A stretch of 58,729 bases of DNA, from assembly GCA_039028615.1 (NCBI GenBank), contig JBCCHT010000060.1:1-58729 (forward strand), in the 5' to 3' direction. Every line of letters starts with the position of its first letter. Positions within the stretch are counted from its first letter, which is position 1. This DNA comes from Myxococcota bacterium. Its GTDB lineage: Bacteria > Myxococcota_A > Polyangia > Nannocystales > Nannocystaceae. The translations under genes were made by a program, and so were the position numbers. Under the pieces are notes generated by a model. It was given only the letters and a program-made list of their open reading frames with translations. It made no database searches and was not told the origin of the DNA. This document shows, one piece after another, positions 28,710 through 37,985 of this stretch.

Positions 28710-28885
28710 CCCGATCGAAAGGCTAGCAACCGCTGTCCTAGGCGCAACCACAACCACGGACCCGATCCCGCGCCGAAACGAGAGGTCGCCCGCGTTCGAA
28801 TTGGGTGGCAAGTGCCGTAGCCGCCTGCCGACTTCGCGGGCTGATGCCGGATGGACTCGGGCCCGCGACGATCTGCACCGTCGGG

Positions 28886-29821
28886 CTAGGGCGCCGTCTT
28901 GGCGCTGGCGATGGTGGCCGCGTACACGCCCGAGCGCGGGGTCCCGGCGGCGACCTTGGCCCGGGCCTTGGTCATCTCTTCGTCGATCAGCGTCTTGAAC
29001 GAGGCAGCGGGCTGCGCTCCAGACAGGAAGCGCCCGTTGACGAAGAACGAGGGGGTGCCTCGAGCCCCCAGCTGGACCCCTTCTTTTTGGTGAGCATCGA
29101 CCCGCGCCGCGATCGTCGGGCTCGCCAGATCCTTTTTGAACTGCGCCATGTCGAGGCCCAGCTTGCGTGCCCATTTTTTGTAGTTTGCGTCGCTCAGGTC
29201 ACGGTTGTTCTCGAAGAGCAGGTCATGCATCTCCCAAAACTTGCCCTGCTCGCCTGCCGCTTCGGCTGCAATTGCTGCACTGCGGGCATTGTTGTGGAAC
29301 GCGAGCGGGTTGTGCTTGAACGCGTAGCGAATGTCGCTGCCGTAGTCCCGGCGAAGCTGCGCAATGGTCGGCGACACCCGCTTGCAGTACGGACACTGGA
29401 AGTCGGACCACGTCACGATGGTGACCAGCGCATCGGCGGGCCCCTCGAACTGCGCGTCGTCGACGGTGGCCTTGTAGACGAGGGCCGGATCGGGGCGACC
29501 GGGCCGCAGCGGCTCGCTCGGCTTGTCGACCTTGTCCTCGATCTTGTCGAGGCGACCGAGCGCCTCGGCGAGCTGCGACTCGAGCGCGACGGTCTGCGCC
29601 GATTGCTCGGCGATCTGAGTCTCGAGCGAGGAGATGCGCTTGCCCGCCGCTTCCGCATCGGCGGCGGCCTTGTCCTGAAGCTCTTTGGCCTCGGCCTTGG
29701 CCGCGTCGACCTTACTGCTCGCGACCTCCTCCATCATGGAGCGGAGCTCTTCTTCGGTCGGCTGATCGCACGCGAGCGCGAGCAACAACGGGAGCACGAA
29801 CACGGGGGGGCGGACGGCCAT
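28886..29821 (-). CDS. DsbA-like thioredoxin-fold lipoprotein with coiled-coil stalk
   Basis: LALAC lipobox, coiled coil, WSDFQCPYC, FKHNPL, GKFWEMHDLLF, GTPSFFVNG. Confidence 0.92.
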   Translation of the reverse strand: MAVRPPVFVLPLLLALACDQPTEEELRSMMEEVASSKVDAAKAEAKELQDKAAADAEAAGKRISSLETQIAEQSAQTVALESQLAEALGRLDKIEDKVDKPSEPLRPGRPDPALVYKATVDDAQFEGPADALVTIVTWSDFQCPYCKRVSPTIAQLRRDYGSDIRYAFKHNPLAFHNNARSAAIAAEAAGEQGKFWEMHDLLFENNRDLSDANYKKWARKLGLDMAQFKKDLASPTIAARVDAHQKEGVQLGARGTPSFFVNGRFLSGAQPAASFKTLIDEEMTKARAKVAAGTPRSGVYAATIASAKTAP

Positions 29822-29877
29822 GGCGCAGATGATAGCGCCACCGTCGGCGCTCCCGATTCCGGCCCGAGTGCCCGCGT

Positions 29878-30810
29878 CTACGTGCGCCGGAACGCTGCTC
29901 GGTGACCGTGTTGCAAGGCCTGCTCGACCCGGGCCTCGCTCATGCCCGGCACCTCGGCCACCCGCGCGTACTCGGTGGGCGCATCGATGTGGGACATCAG
30001 CGTGTTGTCCGTGTTGATGCAGACCCGCATGCCCTGCTCGAGCCAGGTGGCGATGGGGTGCTCGGCGATCGCCCCGATGATCCCGGTGTGCAGGTTCGAG
30101 GTGACGCAGGCCTCGATGGTCACGCCGCGATCGATCACCAGCGCGGCGACGCGAGGGTCGTGCAGCACCGTCGTCCCGTGGCCGATGCGCTGCGCGAGCA
30201 AGCCTTCGATGGCCACCCGGATCTCGGCCGGCGGTCGGCCCTCGCCCGCATGCACGGTACGCCCCAAGCCGCGGTCGCGGGCGCGTCGAAATGCGGGGCG
30301 ATAGTGATGCATCGAAAACTCGTGCGCCGGGCCTGGGCCCCCCGCCAGATCGATGCCCACCACGCCACGGCGGGCAGCGGCGAGGTCGACCAAGGCTTCG
30401 AGCAGATCGGGAGGATCACCGTAGAGCCCACACAGCACGATGCCCGCGCGGCCCGACGCTCCGGCCACCGCCGCATCGACGATCGAGGCCATGGTCGCGC
30501 CGCGCTGCCGATGCAGCTGAGGCGCAAAGCGGATCTCCAGCGTATCGACCCCTTCGGCGGCCGCGTCCTCGCAGATCTCCGCCGCCACGCGCTCGACGGC
30601 CGCGGGCTGCTGCAGCACCGACAGGGTCCGCTCGAAGCACGCCAGCGCGGCGGACAGACCCATCCCCGCGTGAAAACCGAAGTCCTCGGGCACCTCGATG
30701 CCCTCGGCAGCGGCGAGCTCGGCCAGGGTGGACGCGCGCAGCGAGCCGTCGAGATGGCGATGCAAGTCCGAGAGCCTCGGGCTCGCAGGGGAGGCTTGGG
30801 GGGTGCTCAC
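29878..30810 (-). CDS. add: Adenosine/adenine deaminase family protein
   Basis: DLHRHLDGS, EIRFAP, GIDLAG, VHAGE, RIGHG, EACVTSN, INTDN. GTG at 30810 overlaps the upstream stop. Confidence 0.85.
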   Translation of the reverse strand: MSTPQASPASPRLSDLHRHLDGSLRASTLAELAAAEGIEVPEDFGFHAGMGLSAALACFERTLSVLQQPAAVERVAAEICEDAAAEGVDTLEIRFAPQLHRQRGATMASIVDAAVAGASGRAGIVLCGLYGDPPDLLEALVDLAAARRGVVGIDLAGGPGPAHEFSMHHYRPAFRRARDRGLGRTVHAGEGRPPAEIRVAIEGLLAQRIGHGTTVLHDPRVAALVIDRGVTIEACVTSNLHTGIIGAIAEHPIATWLEQGMRVCINTDNTLMSHIDAPTEYARVAEVPGMSEARVEQALQHGHRAAFRRT

Positions 30811-31577
30811 GCGGGCTCGGCCGCCTCGCTTTCGTCGCCCGCGGTGGGCTCCGGCTCGGTGCCCAGGTTCGGCGCCTCGGTCTCGCCCGGACAGATGCCT
30901 CCGGCCTCGACCCACGCCGCGAAGCTCTTCACGAAGCTCTCGTGACTGATGGGCGGCGGCGTGCGATCGCCTCCCGGATTCCAGCCCCACAACACCAGCG
31001 GATCGTGCTCGACGTGATGGAGGAGGTCGGCGAGGCTGCGCTCGCCGTTTTGGCCGGGGTCACGCAGCTGCTTGCACAGCGCGGTGATCGTGCGGTTCTC
31101 GAACACCATGGGCGTCTCCTTGGGAGGGAGCTGCCAGTGCGGGGCTCCGGGCGGGCCGGGGGGGCCTCCGGGGAGCTCGGTGTTGTGCTCGGCGTGGCAG
31201 GTGCTGCACGCGAGGCCCGACTCCATGCTCGCCCGGCTGATGTTCATGGCGTGCACGCCTCCCACGGCGCCCAGCGGTCGATCGCCTTCGGGGTGGCAGT
31301 TCATGCAGCGCGGCGAGACGAGCACCTCGTAGATCGGCTTGAACGACGACGAGGCCTCGACGGGGGAGGCCGGCGGCAGCTCGACTCCGGGCGTGGCAAC
31401 GCTCGGCTCGTCGGCGCCGGCCGTCTTGCCCGCGTAGCCCATCGGCTCCGGGTCGTCGCCCACCCACGCCAGCGTGATGCCGACCCCCGCCAGGACGAGG
31501 AGAATGAGGCCGAAGAAGACCACGCCGAGCCACTCGGCGATCGTGGCGGTGACCCGTCCTAGTCGCTTCCAGTTCAT
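30807..31577 (-). CDS. Membrane-anchored diheme c-type cytochrome of the type found next to isoquinoline oxidoreductase genes
   Basis: N-terminal TM helix, SPRCMNCH, CSTCH, PGAPHWQL, LCKQLRDP, WGWNPG. Confidence 0.85.
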   Translation of the reverse strand: MNWKRLGRVTATIAEWLGVVFFGLILLVLAGVGITLAWVGDDPEPMGYAGKTAGADEPSVATPGVELPPASPVEASSSFKPIYEVLVSPRCMNCHPEGDRPLGAVGGVHAMNISRASMESGLACSTCHAEHNTELPGGPPGPPGAPHWQLPPKETPMVFENRTITALCKQLRDPGQNGERSLADLLHHVEHDPLVLWGWNPGGDRTPPPISHESFVKSFAAWVEAGGICPGETEAPNLGTEPEPTAGDESEAAEPA

Positions 31578-31592
31578 GGTCCGTCGTCCTCG

Positions 31593-33884
31593 CTACAGGG
31601 TGGTGTCGGCCAGCTGCCGAGCAAGTTCGTTCTGCAAAGGGGCCCGCCGCAGCCGCTTGCCGCTGACGTCGAAGATCGCGTTGGCCAGCGCGCCCGCGAG
31701 GGGAGCCACCGCGGGCTCGCCCACGCCGCCGGGCTCGTCGGCGCCCTCCATGACCTTGGTGACGATCGTGGGGGTCTCGTGCATGCGCATCAGCCGATAG
31801 GTGTCGAAGTTGCCCTGCTGGACGACGCCGCCCTCCACCGTGATCTCGCCCCAAATCGCCGCGGTGAGTCCGAAGATGATGCTGCCTTCCATCTGCGCCG
31901 CCACCAGGTCGGGATTGACCGCGAGGCCGCAGTCGAGCACGCAGTACACGGTGTCGACCACGATCTGGCCATCGTCGACCCGGGCCTCGACCACCTGGGC
32001 GCAGAAGCTGCCGAAGGCCTCGGCCACCGCGATGCCGCGACCGGTGCCCTCGGCCAGGGTTCGTTCGCCCCAGCCGCTGAGTTCGGCCACCGCATCGAGC
32101 ACGCCCAGCCAGCGCGGCGCCTCGGCGAGCATGCTGCGACGGAACGCCAAGGGCTCCTTGTTGGCCGCATGGGCCAGCTCGTCGATGAAGCCCTCGATGA
32201 CGAAGGAGTTGATCGAAAAGCCCACCGAACGCCACCAGCTGGCCGTAAACGGGGTGGCGAAGGGCGTGTAGGTGACGTGCTGGTTGGGGATCGCGTAGGC
32301 GTGGTTGGTCGCCCCTTCGGTCGCAAGCACGTCGGTGATGAGCACGTTGCTGGAGATCACCCGGGTGCTGTTGCGACCGATCCAGTGCCGCAGCCGCAGA
32401 GGGATCCACATGGGGAACAACGAATCGAGCTCGAGATCGGCGAGGATCGACTGCGACTGCGTGTCGTAGGACAAGCCGGTCACCGTCCCCGCGTCATCGA
32501 CCCGCGCCTGCACCTTCGACCAGGCCAGCGGGCGATAGCGGCCGCCCCGGGTGTCGCTCTCGCGCGACCAGATGATCTGGACCGGGCGCCCCACGGCCTT
32601 GGAGAGCCACGCCGCCTCGAGCACGGCCTCGGGGTGGCTGCGGCGACCGAACGCACCACCGAGGAACGGCGTGTGCACCAGGACCTCGCTGCGCTCGATG
32701 TCGAGGATCCTCGCGACCGCTTCCTGGATGAGGATGGGCCCCTGGTTGCCCGTCCAGACCTCGCAGCCCTCGTCGGTGACGTGCGCCACCGCGTTCATCG
32801 GCTCCATGGGCGCGTGCGCCAGGTAGGGGACCTCGTAGACCGCCTCGACCAGCGTGCCCTGGGCTTCGTCGAACTTGCCCTCGTCGAGCACGTCGCGGGC
32901 CCGGCTGCGTTCGCTGCTGCGGAGCTCGTCCCACAGGGCCGAGGTGGAGAACTTGCTGCCCTCGCCCTCGGACCACTCGACCTTCACCGCCGCGGCGGCG
33001 CGCAGGGCCTGCCAGTACTTCTCGGCCACGACCCCGACGCCTCGCTCGGTGGTCACCACGTCGACGACGCCCGGCATCTTCTTGGCGTCGTCCGCATCGA
33101 CCGACAGCGCCTTTGCATCCGTCCGCGGGGGGTGGAGCATCACCGCCTTGGCCATGTTCGGCACCTGCACGTCGATGCCGAACTCGGCCGTGCCCGTGAC
33201 CTTGGCGTGATTGTCGACCCGGCGAGCGGGGGTCCCGATCACGCGGAAGTCCTTGCGTGCCTTGAGCTTCGGTTTCTCGGGGACCTTCAGCGTGTTGGCG
33301 ATCTCCACCAGCTCGCCGTAGGTCACCGAGCGATCGCCCGACGCCTCGACCACGCGACCGGCCTCGGCCCGCAGCCCGTCCTCGGACACGCCCCACTTTT
33401 GCGCCGCGGCCGAGACCAGCATCATGCGGGTGGCCGCCGCGACCTCGCGCGCGGGCACATAGCTGCCCGAGATGCCCGTGGAGCCGCCCGTGATGTGGGG
33501 CCCGAGCGCCGTGTACTTCTTGGCCGAGTCGGCGAAGTAGATCTCGATCTTCTCCAGCGGGACCTCGAGCTCTTCGGCGATCAACATCGCCTGACCGGTC
33601 ATCGTGCCCTGGCCCATCTCGGCCTTGGTGCACGCGAAGATCACCCGGTCGTCGGGCGTGATCGTGATGAAGGCATTGGGCTTGAAGGCCCCCTCGATGT
33701 CGCCCATCTCCAGGGTGGAGCGCTCGTCGAGGCTCATCGAACGCGCGGCCCCGTAGACGCACAGCGCCCCCGTGCCCGCGACCATGCCCAACAAGAAGCG
33801 ACGGCGTCCGATCCCGCGGCGGCGCCCGAGCTTGGGCTCGGCCTTGGGCTCGTCCGGGGTGCCCGTTTGCTCGACGTCGCTCAC
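31593..33884 (-). CDS. iorB: Xanthine-oxidase-family molybdopterin-binding subunit (IorB/aldehyde oxidoreductase type) with Tat-like signal
   Basis: [68 protein letters not shown] at 33884. Confidence 0.9.
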   Translation of the reverse strand: MSDVEQTGTPDEPKAEPKLGRRRGIGRRRFLLGMVAGTGALCVYGAARSMSLDERSTLEMGDIEGAFKPNAFITITPDDRVIFACTKAEMGQGTMTGQAMLIAEELEVPLEKIEIYFADSAKKYTALGPHITGGSTGISGSYVPAREVAAATRMMLVSAAAQKWGVSEDGLRAEAGRVVEASGDRSVTYGELVEIANTLKVPEKPKLKARKDFRVIGTPARRVDNHAKVTGTAEFGIDVQVPNMAKAVMLHPPRTDAKALSVDADDAKKMPGVVDVVTTERGVGVVAEKYWQALRAAAAVKVEWSEGEGSKFSTSALWDELRSSERSRARDVLDEGKFDEAQGTLVEAVYEVPYLAHAPMEPMNAVAHVTDEGCEVWTGNQGPILIQEAVARILDIERSEVLVHTPFLGGAFGRRSHPEAVLEAAWLSKAVGRPVQIIWSRESDTRGGRYRPLAWSKVQARVDDAGTVTGLSYDTQSQSILADLELDSLFPMWIPLRLRHWIGRNSTRVISSNVLITDVLATEGATNHAYAIPNQHVTYTPFATPFTASWWRSVGFSINSFVIEGFIDELAHAANKEPLAFRRSMLAEAPRWLGVLDAVAELSGWGERTLAEGTGRGIAVAEAFGSFCAQVVEARVDDGQIVVDTVYCVLDCGLAVNPDLVAAQMEGSIIFGLTAAIWGEITVEGGVVQQGNFDTYRLMRMHETPTIVTKVMEGADEPGGVGEPAVAPLAGALANAIFDVSGKRLRRAPLQNELARQLADTTL

Positions 33885-34357
33885 TTCGCGGCTCCCTTCG
33901 CCGCGCCGTTGCGACCCGCCACCGCATGAATGGCCTGGCGGATGCGTGGGTAGGTGCCGCAGCGGCACAGCGACCCCGACATGGCGGCGTCGATGTCCGC
34001 ATCGGTGGGGTTGGGCTTGGCCTCGAGCAGGGCCGCCGCCATCATCAGCTGGCCCGGTTGGCAGTAGCCGCACTGCGGCACGTTGGCGTCCATCCACGCC
34101 TGCTGCAGGGGGTGCAGCTCGTCATCGTGGCCGAGCCCCTCGATGGTGGTGATCTCGTGGCCCTGCGCGTCGCCGACGGCGGTCACGCACGAGCGCTTGG
34201 CGTTCCCGTCGAGGTGCACCGTGCACGCCCCACACAGCGCCCGACCGCAGCCGAACTTGGTCCCGGTCAAGCCGAGTTCTTCCCGCAGAACCCATAGCAA
34301 CGGGGCATCCTCGGGAACATCGACGTCCCGTTCTTCGGCGTTGATCTTCAGCTTCAT
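33881..34357 (-). CDS. iorA: (2Fe-2S)-binding subunit (IorA/CoxS type)
   Basis: [38 protein letters not shown]. Confidence 0.93.
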   Translation of the reverse strand: MKLKINAEERDVDVPEDAPLLWVLREELGLTGTKFGCGRALCGACTVHLDGNAKRSCVTAVGDAQGHEITTIEGLGHDDELHPLQQAWMDANVPQCGYCQPGQLMMAAALLEAKPNPTDADIDAAMSGSLCRCGTYPRIRQAIHAVAGRNGAAKGAAK

Positions 34358-34614
34358 GATGGGCGCTCCTCGTCCACGGGGATCTGCGTGGCGCGGTCGT
34401 TCGGCACAACTCTAGAGCAGTGGTGCACGGTTGCGCTTCCCCGATCGTGCGAAAGTTTCCTCCCGCGGACGTCCCAAGATTTAGCGCATTGCGACCAGGG
34501 CGCCCAACGGCACATCGCGCCAATCGAGGGCGTCATTTGGCGCGATCGGTTGGTGGCATCCGGGCCAGGATGCGCTTGGCTGAAGCGCGTGGGGCATGGA
34601 GTAGGATGGCCGCG

Positions 34615-35817
34615 ATGACCGTCGACCCCCGATGGTTTCCCGCTTTGGGTCACTCCGCCGTCTATCTCGATTCGGCGACGACGGCACTGATGCCGCAGTC
34701 GGTCATCGATCGCGTCTCGGCCGTACTCGCTCGCGGAGGCAGTGCGGGGCGCAGCGTGCATGCGCTGGGCCATGGCGCCACCGACGACTACGCGCAGGCA
34801 CGGGCAACCGTGGCGCGCGCGTTGGGGGGCACGGCGGACGAGGTCGTATTCGTGCGATCGGCCACCGAGGGGCTCAATACCGTGGCCGAGGGCTGGGCGG
34901 CGCCGCGCCTGGGACCGGGCGACGAGGTCTGTGTCTCGCTCGCCGAGCACCACAGCAACCTGTTGCCCTGGCAGCGGATCTGCCAGCGTACGGGCGCGAC
35001 GCTCTCGATCGTCGGCGTCGATGCCGAGGGTGATCTGGACCGAGACGACCTGCGGCGCAAACTGGGGCGCAGGACCAGGGTGCTGGCGCTCACCCACGTT
35101 TCGAATGTCACGGGGGCGCTCACCGATCTGGCCGCGGTTGAGCAGATCGTCGCCGACTCGGACGCCGACGATCTTGCGGTGGTGCTCGATGGCGCGCAGG
35201 CGATGCCTCATTTGCCGATCGACGTGACCCGGCTCGGCTGCGACTTCTATGTGTTCTCCGGGCACAAGGTCTACGGGCCCCCTGGGGTCGGTGTGGTCTG
35301 GGCCAAGCCCCGGCGTTGGGCGGAAACGGAGCCGCTGCTGCTCGGCGGAGGCATGGTCTCGCGGGTCTTCGCCGATCGCTACGAACCCGCCGAAGGCCCG
35401 GCGCGCTTCGAGGCGGGCACGCCCAATGTGGCCGCCGCCGCCGGACTCGCCACCGCCCTGGCGTTTGTCGAAGAGCACCGCGATCTCGGTGCCCATCGAG
35501 CCCTGCTCGAGCGAGCGGTGGACACCCTCGACCGACTCGAGGGCGTGCGGATCACCGGGCGTCCCGTGCATCGCATCGGGGCCGTGTCCTTCGTCGTCGA
35601 GGGCGTGCACGCGCACGACGTGGCCTCGGTGCTGGACGAAGAGCACATCGCAGTGCGGGCCGGTCACCACTGTGCGCAGCCGCTGCTTCGACACCTCGGG
35701 GTCGCGAGCACCGTGCGGGCTTCGTTCGGGCTTCACAACCGCCCGGCCGATGTCGAGCGACTCGCCTCCGCCCTCACCCGCGTGCAACAGGTCTTCGGGA
35801 GGTCGAAGCCGGCATGA
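34615..35817 (+). CDS. sufS: Cysteine desulfurase/selenocysteine lyase, SufS (group II) type
   Basis: YLDSATT, EHHSNLLPW, DGAQ, FSGHKVYGP (PLP lysine), RFEAGTP, RAGHHCAQP (catalytic Cys). TAGGAT sits 7 nt before ATG 34615. Confidence 0.9.
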   Translation: MTVDPRWFPALGHSAVYLDSATTALMPQSVIDRVSAVLARGGSAGRSVHALGHGATDDYAQARATVARALGGTADEVVFVRSATEGLNTVAEGWAAPRLGPGDEVCVSLAEHHSNLLPWQRICQRTGATLSIVGVDAEGDLDRDDLRRKLGRRTRVLALTHVSNVTGALTDLAAVEQIVADSDADDLAVVLDGAQAMPHLPIDVTRLGCDFYVFSGHKVYGPPGVGVVWAKPRRWAETEPLLLGGGMVSRVFADRYEPAEGPARFEAGTPNVAAAAGLATALAFVEEHRDLGAHRALLERAVDTLDRLEGVRITGRPVHRIGAVSFVVEGVHAHDVASVLDEEHIAVRAGHHCAQPLLRHLGVASTVRASFGLHNRPADVERLASALTRVQQVFGRSKPA

Positions 35818-37829
35818 CCTCGCTGTACAACGAGCGGCTGCTGGCCCTCGCCCGCGCCACGACGTTCGCTCGCATCCCCCCCGAGGCCACCACCCGCGCC
35901 TCGCTCACCAACCCGCTGTGCGGAGACGAGATCGAAGTCGGGCTGGCGATCGTCGACGGTCACATCGAAGACATCGGGTTCGTGGCCAATGCCTGTGCCG
36001 TGTGCACCGCATCGGCCTCGGCCATGGCGCAGCGGCTGCAGTCGGGCTCCATCGATCGCTTTGGCCCCGAGCTGGCCCGACTCGAAGCCGTCGTTCGCGG
36101 TGAGCCCGAGGCGGACTCCGAGCTGACCGCCTTTGCCTCGCTCGCCGATTTCCCGAGCCGGAGGCCCTGCGCCTTGCTGCCGTGGCGAGCCCTCGACCGG
36201 GCCCTGCATGCCCCCGCCTCCGCACACGGTGCTCCAGCCCCCGCCACGCGAGCTCCCGTCGCAACCGACTCCGCCTGGAGTGCAATCCGAGCGCTTCGAG
36301 CCCGCGGCGAAGCGACCACCCTCGCGACCCTGATCTCCGTCGAAGGCTCCAGCCCGTGCCCCATCGGCAGCAAGATGGTGGTAGGCAGCTCGGGCGAGTT
36401 CTGGGGCTCGGTCTCCGGCGGCTGCGTCGAGTCGGCCATCGTCCGCGCTTCACTGGAGATGCTCGACGCCACCGACGGCGACGACAGCCAGCTGCTGGAC
36501 TACACGATCGCCAACAGCCAACAGGGAGAGCTCGGCTTGCCCTGCGGCGGTCGAATTCGGGTGCACCTGTGCCCCGCGCCCACCGATACCCAGCTCGACG
36601 TCCTCGAGCAGGCCGAATCCAGCGACGGCTCCTTGTTCGTGATCCCCCTGGACGGCGGCCCGGTCCGCATCGCCGAGACCCAACAGCTGCTCGAGCCCGG
36701 CGAGGCCACCACCCCCGGTCCGCGATTGGTCGAGCACGATGGACACACGCTCTACGTCGAGCCGCTGGCGCGCGCCCGTCGGCTCGTGCTCGTCGGCGGC
36801 ACGCACATCGCTCAGAAGCTCGCCCGCCTCGCCGCCGAGGTCGGCCTCGCGCCCATCGTCGTCGACCCTCGCACCGCCCTCGCCAACCCCGGCCGATTTC
36901 CCGATCTACGGCTCGTCAACGCCCGTCCCGAGCAGGCCCTGCCCGAGCTGATCGACGAGCGCACCGCGGTCGTCATGCTGACCCACGACGCCAAGCTCGA
37001 CGACCCCGCCCTCGAGGTCGCCCTGACCAGCCCGGCGTACTACGTGGGCGCGTTGGGCAGCCGCAAGACCCAGCGCGCCCGTCTCGAACGATTGCGCGCC
37101 CGCGGCCTCGACGACCGCGCCCTCTCCCGCCTGCACGGCCCCGCCGGGGTGCCGATCGGGGGCCAAGGTGCCGCCGAGATCGCCCTGTCCATCCTCGCCG
37201 AGATCGTCGCCGTCCGTCGCATGAACGACGCCGCCCACCGCCGCATCGGTGCCGTGGTCCTCGCCGCCGGAGCCTCTCGCCGCGCGGGCGACATCAACAA
37301 GCTGCTCCACCCGGTCGACGGCGAGCCGATGATCCGTCGCGTCGTACGAACGACCCTCGATGCGGGCGCCAGCCCCTGCCTCGTCGTGCTCGGACACCAA
37401 GCCGATGCGGTCCGCCAGGCCCTGCACGGCCTCCCCGTCGAGTTCGTCTTCAACGAGCGACACACCGAGGGCATGGGCACCTCCATCGCCCGCGGCTTCG
37501 AGGCCATGACCACCACCGAGGTCGGGGCCGCCTTCATCGTCCTGGGTGACATGCCGTTTCTACGCGCCGACGATCTCGAGCAGCTGATGGTCGCCTATCA
37601 AGCGAGCACCCAGCACCTCATCGTGGCCCCCGAAGCCGGCGAAGGCAAAGAGCGTCGGCTCGGCAACCCCGTGCTCTGGCCGCGCCGCTACTTCGCCGAG
37701 CTGACCCGCCTATCGGGCGACCGCGGGGCCAAGCGCATCATGATGGCCTCCTCGGGCGCACTGCTGCGCGTGCCCGTCGATCACGCGGGCGTCCTGCAGG
37801 ACATCGACACGCCAACGCCCGCCTCCTAG
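35814..37829 (+). CDS. SufU - XdhC/CoxI - XdhC C-terminal - MocA-like nucleotidyltransferase fusion protein
   Basis: One uninterrupted frame from ATG 35814, overlapping the sufS stop. SufU motifs NPLCGD, ACAVCTAS, FPSRRPCALLPW; XdhC motifs GSVSGGCVE, GLPCGG, THD, YVGALGSRK, HGPAG..IG...EIALSILAEI; MocA motifs LAAGASRR..NKLL, GMGTSI, LGDMP, GNPV, GDRGA, DIDT. Confidence 0.9.
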   Translation: MTSLYNERLLALARATTFARIPPEATTRASLTNPLCGDEIEVGLAIVDGHIEDIGFVANACAVCTASASAMAQRLQSGSIDRFGPELARLEAVVRGEPEADSELTAFASLADFPSRRPCALLPWRALDRALHAPASAHGAPAPATRAPVATDSAWSAIRALRARGEATTLATLISVEGSSPCPIGSKMVVGSSGEFWGSVSGGCVESAIVRASLEMLDATDGDDSQLLDYTIANSQQGELGLPCGGRIRVHLCPAPTDTQLDVLEQAESSDGSLFVIPLDGGPVRIAETQQLLEPGEATTPGPRLVEHDGHTLYVEPLARARRLVLVGGTHIAQKLARLAAEVGLAPIVVDPRTALANPGRFPDLRLVNARPEQALPELIDERTAVVMLTHDAKLDDPALEVALTSPAYYVGALGSRKTQRARLERLRARGLDDRALSRLHGPAGVPIGGQGAAEIALSILAEIVAVRRMNDAAHRRIGAVVLAAGASRRAGDINKLLHPVDGEPMIRRVVRTTLDAGASPCLVVLGHQADAVRQALHGLPVEFVFNERHTEGMGTSIARGFEAMTTTEVGAAFIVLGDMPFLRADDLEQLMVAYQASTQHLIVAPEAGEGKERRLGNPVLWPRRYFAELTRLSGDRGAKRIMMASSGALLRVPVDHAGVLQDIDTPTPAS

Positions 37830-37985
37830 CGCGGTGAGTCTGCAATCCGCTCCAAAATAACACCGCCCCCGCGGCCCATGCCTGCGTTCCTCATCGGTTG
37901 CTCATGCCCAATGAACGCCCTCTTCGCGCCTTGGCATGGCCCGCGCTGACAGCGTTCTTTTGAAACGGATTGCAGACTCACCACA
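37830..37985. mobile_element. 156-bp MITE-like element with ~28-bp terminal inverted repeats and CTAG direct repeats
   Basis: Left end CGCGGTGAGTCTGCAATCCGCTCCAAAA; right end (reverse complement) TGTGGTGAGTCTGCAATCCGTTTCAAAA. CTAG at 37826-37829 and 37986-37989. No internal ORF. Confidence 0.8.

Noticed and set aside
34615..36210. Standard Suf Fe-S assembly operon
   Set aside because: No sufB, sufC or sufD, and SufU is fused in frame to XdhC and MocA domains.
37931..37947. Sigma-54-like GG-N10-GC site (TTGGCATGGCCCGCGCT)
   Set aside because: Poor -12 match, lies inside the MITE and points at the 3' end of a convergent gene.
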